From a virus (lineage: Duplodnaviria; Caudoviricetes), in the IMG/VR virus record IMGVR_UViG_3300022178_000845, positions 1-26,973 of that record: 26,973 bases of DNA, one strand, 5' to 3'. The translations under genes were made by a program, and so were the position numbers. Under the pieces are notes generated by a model, which was given only the letters and a program-made list of their open reading frames with translations, was not told where the DNA came from and searched no databases. This document shows, piece after piece, positions 1-7,436 of the stretch. Within the stretch, counting starts at the first letter, position 1, and the number at the start of each line of letters is the position of its first letter.

Positions 1-137
1 TTTAATGTCCCAGATTGCAACCACTTCTCGCCTGACTCTGTGGTGATTAGCGCAGTCCTGCTGTTAATGTACTTAGTATCATTGACCTCAGAGCCACCGC
101 CTCCACCAGAACTAATAAAACCTGTTAATGTACTCAT
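1..137 (-). CDS. Variable tip/receptor-binding protein of module 5 (N-terminal part only; runs off the window)
   Basis: Not in the ORF track. ATG at 137 overlaps the TGA of 134..442 (ATGA). Reads MSTLTGFISSGGGGGSEVNDTKYINSRTALITTESGEKWLQSGTL, clearly paralogous to the N-terminus of the 672..1748 protein. Confidence 0.85.
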   Translation of the reverse strand, partial: MSTLTGFISSGGGGGSEVNDTKYINSRTALITTESGEKWLQSGTL

Positions 138-442
138 AGTAGTCTCCATCCATTTGTAGCATCTGAGTATACAAATTGTAGCCCCATATTTGCTGTATCT
201 ATTGTCATGTCTTCGGCTGTTGCCATTATATTCTCTCCATTGCGCGCCACGATAGTATCTGCAAAATTACCTACAGTAATTGAGACGTGTTGCCCCGCTG
301 TAGGACTTGCAGGAAGGGTGACTGTTACGCCAGCAGTAGACACAAAATAGTGATTGTCTGCTACTAGCGTAGAGTTTGTAGCAACTATAGTAGTTGCAAG
401 TGAACGATCTGCCATTGCAGACGAAACTTTAGTAAATGCCAT
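134..442 (-). CDS. Fibre adaptor protein (102 aa), module 5
   Basis: Starts MAFTKV; carries the conserved VTLPASPTAGQ...VARNGENI...Y.D.T.GW domain; same-length paralog of 1745..2053; GGAG RBS. Confidence 0.8.
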   Translation of the reverse strand: MAFTKVSSAMADRSLATTIVATNSTLVADNHYFVSTAGVTVTLPASPTAGQHVSITVGNFADTIVARNGENIMATAEDMTIDTANMGLQFVYSDATNGWRLL

Positions 443-543
443 TCTTATTCTCCTAGTACTGGTTTAGTAGCTGGGAAGTCTTCAGTCGAAGGCCAATCCC
501 TCAGCAGTACTCTATAAGCCATATAATCACTATGCTGTGGGTG
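437..543. repeat. ~107-bp imperfect direct repeat (other copy at 4570..4676)
   Basis: 437..474 = 4570..4607 (38 bp identical) and 508..543 = 4641..4676 (36 bp identical); the differences in between are synonymous. Confidence 0.9.
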
Positions 544-672
544 GTCTATTATAGGCACCATGTAGTCTGTATCTGCTAATTCTTGATCTCTCCAGTTTCG
601 ATTAAACAAGGCCTCGACTGCTGCCGACTGCTCTGGGGTTAAATTTAGATAAGGTAGCTCTGATTCAATCAT
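445..672 (-). CDS. Tail fibre assembly chaperone-like protein, module 4
   Basis: RNWRDQELADTD...AYRVLLRDWP motif typical of small phage tail assembly chaperones; TAATG overlap with the upstream gene. Confidence 0.75.
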   Translation of the reverse strand: MIESELPYLNLTPEQSAAVEALFNRNWRDQELADTDYMVPIIDHPQHSDYMAYRVLLRDWPSTEDFPATKPVLGE

Positions 673-1748
673 TATAGTATCCTCATATATTGTGTTACAC
701 CGGTGCCGTCAGTTTTTGCCTGAGCAGTACCAACAATAGTGCTTGGGGGGTGATTTTTATACCCCGCGTCGGTAGCCTGGTATAGGCGTTGGTAGTTATG
801 GGCGCCACTAGCACTTGAGGCCATACTTGAATAACTGTCTTCTGCCATAACACCTGTAGAGTCTGTTTTCGAGAAGAAAGTGCCCTGAACTGCGGAGCCT
901 ACATCAATTTTTTCTATAAACGTCATAAAGTCGGAAGTGTATACATACATAAAACCCTCGCTCATCCCTTTTACCCAGATTTTACCAGCAAATTCGTGTA
1001 GTGAGGCAGTGTCTGCTGGAAAAGTAGCATCGCCGCCTGCCCAGTTTTTTATATTATCTGTAATAGTTCCATCTTTATGCAATTTAAATAATCTATTATT
1101 AGAGCCTTTACCTATGACATGGAAATAGTTATCTGGGTCCACTTGGTTAGGGAGCCAAGAGTCTACCCAATATGACCCAAAGTTTATAGAACTGCTAATT
1201 GTTTGGACGAAGGTTAGTACTCCTGTACTATTATTAATACTATATTTATCGAGTTGGTGGTATCTGTTTGTGTATCCGTCCGCTGCAGTCCACGAAACTG
1301 GATATAGAGTATAAAAGTACCCGTCCCGGTGGGCCATTACTTGTTGCCTACCATTCGCACTGGTATAGTTAGGTCTATCTGATGCGAGAACCTGTGATCC
1401 CGTACCATCGAGCTTTCTGGCAAAAAGCTGATTATTACCAGAAGCAGATCCCGTGTTTGCATTCCAGACCCATATACCGTTAGTAGTAATATTACTGCTC
1501 CATTGCTTTGACCAGTTGCTACTTGTATCGGCCAAAGAAACTTCAGCGTCTGTGTTTGTACCAATATTTCCTTGAAAAGTAGTAGCACCGGAATATGTAG
1601 TAGTGTCAGAGTTAGTGAGTAAACCAGACTTTTGCCACTTCTCTCCGCTATCTGTAGTTATAAGATCAACGGTACTTGCTATGTATTTAACGTCATTGAC
1701 CTCTGAACCACTGCCACCGCCACCTATAAAGTCTTTAAAATTACTCAT
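672..1748 (-). CDS. Variable tip/putative receptor-binding protein (beta-rich, ~358 aa), module 4
   Basis: Start more likely the ATG at 1748 (ATGA overlap; MSNFKDFIGGGG) than 1760. N-terminal SEVND..LITT.SGEKW.KSG segment is shared with other tips; C-terminus is QYMRIL; the core is aromatic and beta-rich. Confidence 0.7.
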   Translation of the reverse strand: MSNFKDFIGGGGSGSEVNDVKYIASTVDLITTDSGEKWQKSGLLTNSDTTTYSGATTFQGNIGTNTDAEVSLADTSSNWSKQWSSNITTNGIWVWNANTGSASGNNQLFARKLDGTGSQVLASDRPNYTSANGRQQVMAHRDGYFYTLYPVSWTAADGYTNRYHQLDKYSINNSTGVLTFVQTISSSINFGSYWVDSWLPNQVDPDNYFHVIGKGSNNRLFKLHKDGTITDNIKNWAGGDATFPADTASLHEFAGKIWVKGMSEGFMYVYTSDFMTFIEKIDVGSAVQGTFFSKTDSTGVMAEDSYSSMASSASGAHNYQRLYQATDAGYKNHPPSTIVGTAQAKTDGTGVTQYMRIL

Positions 1749-2053
1749 GATATTATCCACCCTCTTGTAGAATCTGTGTATATAAACTGAATTGAGAGAT
1801 AGGCAGTGTCCATTGTAAGGTCTTCTGCGAGTGACATAATGTTCGAGCCATTTCGCGCTACTACGATATCTGTGAAATTACCTATTGCAACTGATACGTG
1901 CTGACCAGCTGTAGGGCTGGCCGGCAATGTAACAGTAACTGTCGCGGCAGAAACATAATAATAGCTATCTGCTGCGAGAGTTGTGTTTGTCGCTACGACA
2001 GTGGTAGGTAAGGACCTATCTGCCATGCTTGCTGGTACTTGTGTAAGTGCCAT
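1745..2053 (-). CDS. Fibre adaptor protein (102 aa), module 4
   Basis: Starts MALTQV; conserved ...GW C-terminal domain; its last 21 aa nearly match those of 7433..8659. Confidence 0.8.
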   Translation of the reverse strand: MALTQVPASMADRSLPTTVVATNTTLAADSYYYVSAATVTVTLPASPTAGQHVSVAIGNFTDIVVARNGSNIMSLAEDLTMDTAYLSIQFIYTDSTRGWIIS

Positions 2054-2055
2054 TC

Positions 2056-2265
2056 TTATTCTCCTGTTGGGATTACTGGACGAGTATCTGGAAAATCTTC
2101 GGTAGAAGGCCAGTCTCTCAACAGTACTCTATATGCTAGAATATTAGTTGCGTTAGGAAAGTCAGATACAGTTGCTGCTATATCTGTGCGAGCTAATTCG
2201 TCATTACGCCAAAAGATCGCTGCTGATGTTGGTGAAACATGGTCTGCTTGTATTATTAAAGCCAT
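2056..2265 (-). CDS. Tail fibre assembly chaperone-like protein, module 3
   Basis: WRNDELARTD...NILAYRVLLRDWPSTEDFP motif; TAATG overlap. Confidence 0.75.
   Translation of the reverse strand: MALIIQADHVSPTSAAIFWRNDELARTDIAATVSDFPNATNILAYRVLLRDWPSTEDFPDTRPVIPTGE
2088..2149. repeat. 62-bp perfect direct repeat, copy A (other copy at 6306..6367)
   Basis: ctggaaaatcttcggtagaaggccagtctctcaacagtactctatatgctagaatattagtt is identical at both positions. Confidence 0.95.
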
Positions 2266-3131
2266 TATTTAATCCTCACGTAGTTTTGCCTGCCCATTGC
2301 TGCCTCTGTGGATGAAGTTACGCCAATAACGTTTTTGTATTCATATGCACTGTCACCAACATTATCAAGTATCCAAAAACTAGTTCCATCCCACGCTACA
2401 CCCTCTGCGTTTGTGGATTGACCGGAAAAGTTTATACTTACATTTTGATACACGCCAGAGGTATTGTATTTATATAAATTATTAGTATTAGTACCAACCA
2501 CCCAAAAATTAGTCCCGTCCCACGTTATATCCTTTGGGCTTGGGGCTTGAGCATTTACACTAAAACTTACATTTTGATACACGCCAGAAGAGTTGTACTT
2601 ATATACAGTATCATTGATATTACCAAGCACCCAAAAATAAGTGCCATCCCACGCTATGCCTTGTGGACTTGTGTCTTGACTTGATACACTAAAACTTGTG
2701 CCTGTGTATACTCCAGCCGCAGTGTACTTATATACAGTATCTGAGCCATTACCAGCCACCCAAAAATGGGTTCCATCCCATGTTATGCCTTGTGGACTTG
2801 AGTCTTGACCAATAGCAAAATTTGTCCCTGTGTATACTCCAGCCGCAGTGTATTTAAATGCTCTATCCACGTTGCTACCAACTACCCAAAAATGGGTGCC
2901 ATCCCATGTTATGCCACTTGGGTAAATCTCTTCAGCTCCTACATAAAAATTTGTTCCTGTGTATTGATAGGAAAGAGTTGCATCAGGGTAGGTAGTAGTG
3001 TCTGTTTCAAAAACACCACCCTTCAGATACACACGACCATCAGCTAAAGTAATCAAATTCTCTGCTGAATTTATATCTATTGTTTCATTTATTACTGAGG
3101 CACTACCGCCCCCACCTAAACTTATCGCCAT
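2265..3131 (-). CDS. Variable tip protein with five ~43-aa repeats (probable beta-propeller), module 3
   Basis: Five repeats of the pattern GI(T/A)WDGTxFWV.G....VYKY...GVY; likely start ATG at 3131 (MAISLGGGG, GGAG upstream) rather than 3152; ends NYVRIK. Confidence 0.8.
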   Translation of the reverse strand: MAISLGGGGSASVINETIDINSAENLITLADGRVYLKGGVFETDTTTYPDATLSYQYTGTNFYVGAEEIYPSGITWDGTHFWVVGSNVDRAFKYTAAGVYTGTNFAIGQDSSPQGITWDGTHFWVAGNGSDTVYKYTAAGVYTGTSFSVSSQDTSPQGIAWDGTYFWVLGNINDTVYKYNSSGVYQNVSFSVNAQAPSPKDITWDGTNFWVVGTNTNNLYKYNTSGVYQNVSINFSGQSTNAEGVAWDGTSFWILDNVGDSAYEYKNVIGVTSSTEAAMGRQNYVRIK

Positions 3132-3132
3132 C

Positions 3133-4575
3133 TTATAGCTCCTTCCAGCCAATAGTGCTGTCTACATATACTAGCGTTGCCGCTGCATCTGTAACCAGTT
3201 GACCATCGTCTGCCGTTGAATTAATATTCGAGCCATTGCGACCCACAGTTACTACACCTGCACCAGCATTCTTAATGAACACCACGTTGCCCGCTGATGG
3301 GCTTGCAGGTAGAGTAATGGTTACTGCGCTGCTTGAGTTGACAATTAGTTGGTCACGAGCACTTGCCGTATAGTTAGTAGTTTTAATAGCAAATTCGTTA
3401 TAAGCACCACCAGCACCTGCTGCTAGCTTTGCCGCTGTAACGGAACCATCTGCGATCTTTGCAGTAGTAACCGTTCCATCGTCTGGAATAGCTACTGATA
3501 CTACCACACTACTTGCTGCCATTACTTCTACAGAAGTTGTAGCAGGTGGAGCAGTACTAAACGTAATTGTAGTTCCAGCGATAGCATAGTTTGACTTCGA
3601 CTGATATACACCATTGATATAAACACTTGTATCATTCTCAGATGCAGGTGCTGCTGACAGTGTAAATGCTACGGTTGATCCGTCGCCAGAGAACTGATTG
3701 AGTTTAAAATCAGTGCTTGCAAGAGGCTGTGCCATAATAGCGCCTACAACTTCAATTGCGACTCCGGTAGGAGGAGCTGTGTTGAAGGTCAAAGTATTGC
3801 TTGACAGGCTGTAGTGAGACTTGCTCTGGTAGACACCATCGAGGTATACTAGACTATTGTTCTCCTCAACAGGCTTTGTGAGAGTAAATGCAGTAGTAGA
3901 GCTATTACCAGTAAACTGATTTAGCTGGAAACTTGCACCACCACCACCGATTTCACCCCAAGAGTCTGTGTATCCTTCGAATTTACCTTCAGTGCTGTTA
4001 TATCTAAATTGTCCTGCAGCAGGAGTAGGTCTTTCTGCAGTTGTACCTGCAGGAAGTTTCAGAGCACCCGTACCGGAGTATGCTCCGTTTACAGCTGCTA
4101 TGTCTCCTGTTACGGAAATACCTGTAACAGTTGTCTCAAACTTCACAGCGTTGTTATAGTATAAAGCTTGACCCGTTGCAGAATTAAACTCTGCTGAGGT
4201 TTTGGTTCCTGCTAAATTAGATACAGTGAACGTACCTGATCTTAGCTTAATCGATCCCTCACCGAAGTCATCAATATAACTATTAGTACCATCATGATAT
4301 ATTTGTAGATCAGTACCAGCACCAAAGTTTACCTTGTTATTGTCACCAAAAGTAATACTGCCAGTCATAGTACCACCTGCAAGCGGTAGTTTACCTGCAA
4401 GACTGGTAGTCATTGTTCCCGCAAAATCAGCATCATCTCCAAGAGAAGCGGCTAATTCGTTGAGAGTATCTAACGTGCCAGGAGCGGAGTCGATAAGATT
4501 ATTAATAGCTATATCGACTTTCGCTTCTATTACGCCTGCGGTGATACTATCCGCTTGAATTCTAGTAAGTGCCAT
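3133..4575 (-). CDS. Tail fibre / branching adaptor protein (480 aa), module 3
   Basis: Contains fibre motifs APGTLDTLNELAASLGDD, FGAGTDLQIYHDG and LPAGTTAERP..FRYN, two F.G..ST.AFTL..GVYQ domains, VTTAKIAD repeats and a C-terminal ...GW domain. Confidence 0.85.
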   Translation of the reverse strand: MALTRIQADSITAGVIEAKVDIAINNLIDSAPGTLDTLNELAASLGDDADFAGTMTTSLAGKLPLAGGTMTGSITFGDNNKVNFGAGTDLQIYHDGTNSYIDDFGEGSIKLRSGTFTVSNLAGTKTSAEFNSATGQALYYNNAVKFETTVTGISVTGDIAAVNGAYSGTGALKLPAGTTAERPTPAAGQFRYNSTEGKFEGYTDSWGEIGGGGASFQLNQFTGNSSTTAFTLTKPVEENNSLVYLDGVYQSKSHYSLSSNTLTFNTAPPTGVAIEVVGAIMAQPLASTDFKLNQFSGDGSTVAFTLSAAPASENDTSVYINGVYQSKSNYAIAGTTITFSTAPPATTSVEVMAASSVVVSVAIPDDGTVTTAKIADGSVTAAKLAAGAGGAYNEFAIKTTNYTASARDQLIVNSSSAVTITLPASPSAGNVVFIKNAGAGVVTVGRNGSNINSTADDGQLVTDAAATLVYVDSTIGWKEL

Positions 4576-4676
4576 TCTTATTCTCCTAGTACTGGTTTAG
4601 TAGCTGGAAAGTCTTCAGTTGACGGCCAGTCTCTTAACAATACTCTATAAGCCATATAATCACTATGCTGTGGGTG
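4570..4676. repeat. ~107-bp imperfect direct repeat (other copy at 437..543)
   Basis: Spans the chaperone 3' end, the RBS and the start codon of the next gene. Confidence 0.9.
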
Positions 4677-4883
4677 ATCTGACAGAGGGACTATGTAGTC
4701 AGTTCTAGTCAGCTCACCGTCACGCCAGCTACGAGCAGTTTCTTCTGCTGTAGGCTCTACAGGTGTAGGTGCTACAAACTCTTCATAGTAATCAGAAAGC
4801 GATTGTACAAAAGCCTCATCAGCTAAAATGCAAGGGTTAGTGATGTTTCCATCGGCGTCTTTAATTATCCATTTATTGCTCAT
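4578..4883 (-). CDS. Tail fibre assembly chaperone-like protein, module 2
   Basis: IKDADGNITN N-terminus plus RSWRDGELTRTD...AYRVLLRDWP; AGGAG RBS. Confidence 0.75.
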   Translation of the reverse strand: MSNKWIIKDADGNITNPCILADEAFVQSLSDYYEEFVAPTPVEPTAEETARSWRDGELTRTDYIVPLSDHPQHSDYMAYRVLLRDWPSTEDFPATKPVLGE

Positions 4884-4893
4884 AGTATTCTCC

Positions 4894-5769
4894 TTATCCT
4901 ATCGCCGTGTACATAACAATGATTAAACCGTCGCCACCAGCACCAGCAGAAACCGCATCCGTTGTCCAAGCGCCGTACACCATACAAGAACCTCCACCGC
5001 CTCCTATACCTCCATCACCTGCTATAGCCATAGCGGCATTATAGCTGTTGTATGCCGCGCCCCCTCCAGCTAAAAATCCTCCGTTTGAATTCACACTAAG
5101 AGAATATCCTGTGGTTCTTACATTAAGGAAATGACCTCCTGTTCCCCCTCCCCTAAGGTCGCCATTAGTATTATCAAACTGAGGGCTTTGAACATCAGAG
5201 TGACCTCCATGATAGATGTTATTTACATTACTTTGTCCACCGAAAGCTGAATCCCCAGCATTTCCTGTACCTAAAACACCAACAGCGCCCCCACCCTGCA
5301 TACTCGCATTGCCGGAAGTACTAGTGCCTCCCGCGCCCCCAGTATTGTTAATATCGCCACCTGAAGCCGTGCCGCCCGCTCCGAGACCCGCAGTATCGCC
5401 TGACGTTCCACCACCACCGCCGTTCGCTACTAAACTTGATGACCCGTCAGAGGCTGTTGTGTTGCCTCCAGCGTTTCCGTTGGTATTCTGCCCAACAGCC
5501 GCAGCACCAGCGCCAACCACCATTGTCCAATTAGTACCTGTTGACAAAGTAACGACCTTTCGGCTATACCCGCCAGCTCCACCACCACCGGGGTCTTGAC
5601 CTCCGCTACCTGTCGTGCATGCAGCCCCACCGCCTCCAGCGCCTATGCAGTGGATAACTGCAGTACCGTCAAACGGAGGAGTCCATGTTGTTGATTTGGT
5701 AATGGGGATTGTGAATAAAGTTCCACCACCGCCACCACCTGCTGAAATTAATGTTGAAATTGCTGTCAT
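4894..5769 (-). CDS. Glycine-rich adhesin-like tip protein, module 2
   Basis: TWTPPFDG...IHCIGAGGGG and many GGxGG motifs alternating with variable loops; ends GAGGDGLIIVMY; start likely ATG at 5769 (ATGA overlap). Confidence 0.75.
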   Translation of the reverse strand: MTAISTLISAGGGGGGTLFTIPITKSTTWTPPFDGTAVIHCIGAGGGGAACTTGSGGQDPGGGGAGGYSRKVVTLSTGTNWTMVVGAGAAAVGQNTNGNAGGNTTASDGSSSLVANGGGGGTSGDTAGLGAGGTASGGDINNTGGAGGTSTSGNASMQGGGAVGVLGTGNAGDSAFGGQSNVNNIYHGGHSDVQSPQFDNTNGDLRGGGTGGHFLNVRTTGYSLSVNSNGGFLAGGGAAYNSYNAAMAIAGDGGIGGGGGSCMVYGAWTTDAVSAGAGGDGLIIVMYTAIG

Positions 5770-6239
5770 AGTATTACCCACCCCCTTGATGCGTTAGTGT
5801 AGCAAAGGGTTACACCCAAGTTGGCTACGTCTATTATTAAGTCAGAAGCGAGAGATGCGATATTTTCGCTATTCCGAGCAACTGTAGTATCTGTGAAATT
5901 GCCCACAGTTACGGACACTTTCTGCCCAGCCGTTGGGCTAGCAGGAAGAGTAAGTGTTTGTGTGGCGGTATCTATAAAATAGTGATTATTTGCCACTGCT
6001 GTAGCTGAACTGCTGATTACGGTAGTAGGTATACCCACTGCGAGAGTAGGAGTAATCTTATCGGAAGTAACAGCGCTATCTGCGATCTTTAGAGTTGTAA
6101 CATTACTGTCTGCGATCTTTAGAGTTGTAACAGAGCCATCGCCTAGCCGTGCGTTAGTAACAGTAGGGGCTGACGAGGCCTTTACGACCCCATCCGCTCC
6201 CATCATGTCACCCATATGTCTTGCTTTTGATTTTGACAT
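5766..6239 (-). CDS. Fibre adaptor protein (157 aa), module 2
   Basis: MSKSKAR N-terminus, VTTLKIAD repeats, C-terminal ...GW domain. Confidence 0.8.
   Translation of the reverse strand: MSKSKARHMGDMMGADGVVKASSAPTVTNARLGDGSVTTLKIADSNVTTLKIADSAVTSDKITPTLAVGIPTTVISSSATAVANNHYFIDTATQTLTLPASPTAGQKVSVTVGNFTDTTVARNSENIASLASDLIIDVANLGVTLCYTNASRGWVIL
6079..6132. repeat. Tandem coding repeat, 30-bp period (24 bp identical)
   Basis: tctgcgatctttagagttgtaaca at 6079..6102 and 6109..6132; encodes VTTLKIAD. Confidence 0.9.
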
Positions 6240-6276
6240 TTTAGTTTCCGATTAGCTTGCTATTGAAAGCCTTGTA

Positions 6277-6576
6277 TTAGTCTGTAGGCATTGTTGGCTG
6301 AGTAGCTGGAAAATCTTCGGTAGAAGGCCAGTCTCTCAACAGTACTCTATATGCTAGAATATTAGTTCTGTTTGGCCAGTCAGGAGTCTGTGAAGCTGTG
6401 TCTGTTGACGACAGCTCCCCATTGCGCCATCTACGCCCAACTTCTTCTGCTGTAAGTTCTGCGGGTGTAGGGTCTACCCAAAGCTCGTAATGCTCAAAGT
6501 TAGCCTCAACAAACTCAGCATCAGCCATAATGGTATTTGTAATGTTGCCATCAGCATCTTTAATATTGTATTTCAT
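6277..6576 (-). CDS. Tail fibre assembly chaperone-like protein, module 1
   Basis: IKDADGNITN N-terminus plus RRWRNGELSSTD...NILAYRVLLRDWP; AGGAG RBS. Confidence 0.75.
   Translation of the reverse strand: MKYNIKDADGNITNTIMADAEFVEANFEHYELWVDPTPAELTAEEVGRRWRNGELSSTDTASQTPDWPNRTNILAYRVLLRDWPSTEDFPATQPTMPTD
6306..6367. repeat. 62-bp perfect direct repeat, copy B (other copy at 2088..2149)
   Basis: Direct sequence comparison. Confidence 0.95.
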
Positions 6577-6587
6577 TTAATTCTCCT

Positions 6588-7436
6588 TTATGGGATGTAT
6601 TGTATTACTACAATACCTTGACCACCTTCACCGCCTAAAGATGACGATATGTGGCCCCTGTTTTCTGCCGCACCGCCACCGCCACCAATGCCACCAGCAC
6701 CGCCTTGCACTAGCATCTCAGAGCCTGTATTAAATAAAACACCGCCACCGCCTGATAAGGGGCCGCCATTGACAGCGTCATAAGGTACTGTGCTGTTCGT
6801 TCTTCTAATACAACGCCCAGCTATACCACCCGCTATTTGTCCCATTGTCGATGACCAGAAGTCTCCAACAATGTCACATTGCCCCGCTAGAGGTCTGTCT
6901 AAATTGCCAATAGTACCTGCCTGCCCTGTACCTGTGAGACCGACTGCGCCACCGCCAGCACCACCGTTATAATTAACAACTGCGGCTCCTGCGCCACCTG
7001 TGTTATTAACGTCACCGTTTGAGGCTGCCCCACCGGTTCCTGCGCCACCACTGCCGCCAGCTTTTGCGCCCCCTGTACCTCCATTAGCCGTAAGGGTGCT
7101 TGATAGTCCTGTACCAGCAACAGTGGAGTTTCCTCCATTCCCTCCATTGCCGTTGTAGGATGGAGCTTGGTTAGCCCCACCAATTCCAGCGGCGCCGACA
7201 ACAACTGTAAAAGAGCCTGAAGTAGTGACTGCTAAAGTATTCTTTTTGCAATAGCCACCAGCACCACCACTAGCGCAGTCATTCGTCCAGCCAGCACCAC
7301 CGCCCCCTCCACCAATAACGTGAATGCAGATATTGCCGTCTTGAGGCGGAACCCATGTTTGGGACTTACTTAAAAAGATTGTGGGGTATGAAGCTGACCC
7401 GCCACTGCCACCTATATAGTCTGTAAAATTACTCAT
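6588..7436 (-). CDS. Glycine-rich adhesin-like tip protein, module 1
   Basis: Paralog of 4894..5769 (TWVPPQDG..IHVIGGGGGG, GDVNNTGGAG, GGIGGGGG, GGQGIVVIQY); start likely ATG at 7436 (ATGA overlap). Confidence 0.75.
   Translation of the reverse strand: MSNFTDYIGGSGGSASYPTIFLSKSQTWVPPQDGNICIHVIGGGGGGAGWTNDCASGGAGGYCKKNTLAVTTSGSFTVVVGAAGIGGANQAPSYNGNGGNGGNSTVAGTGLSSTLTANGGTGGAKAGGSGGAGTGGAASNGDVNNTGGAGAAVVNYNGGAGGGAVGLTGTGQAGTIGNLDRPLAGQCDIVGDFWSSTMGQIAGGIAGRCIRRTNSTVPYDAVNGGPLSGGGGVLFNTGSEMLVQGGAGGIGGGGGAAENRGHISSSLGGEGGQGIVVIQYIP

Noticed and set aside
437-6367. CRISPR array or attachment sites
   Set aside because: The repeats are kilobases apart, coding and of unequal length, with no repeat-spacer periodicity.
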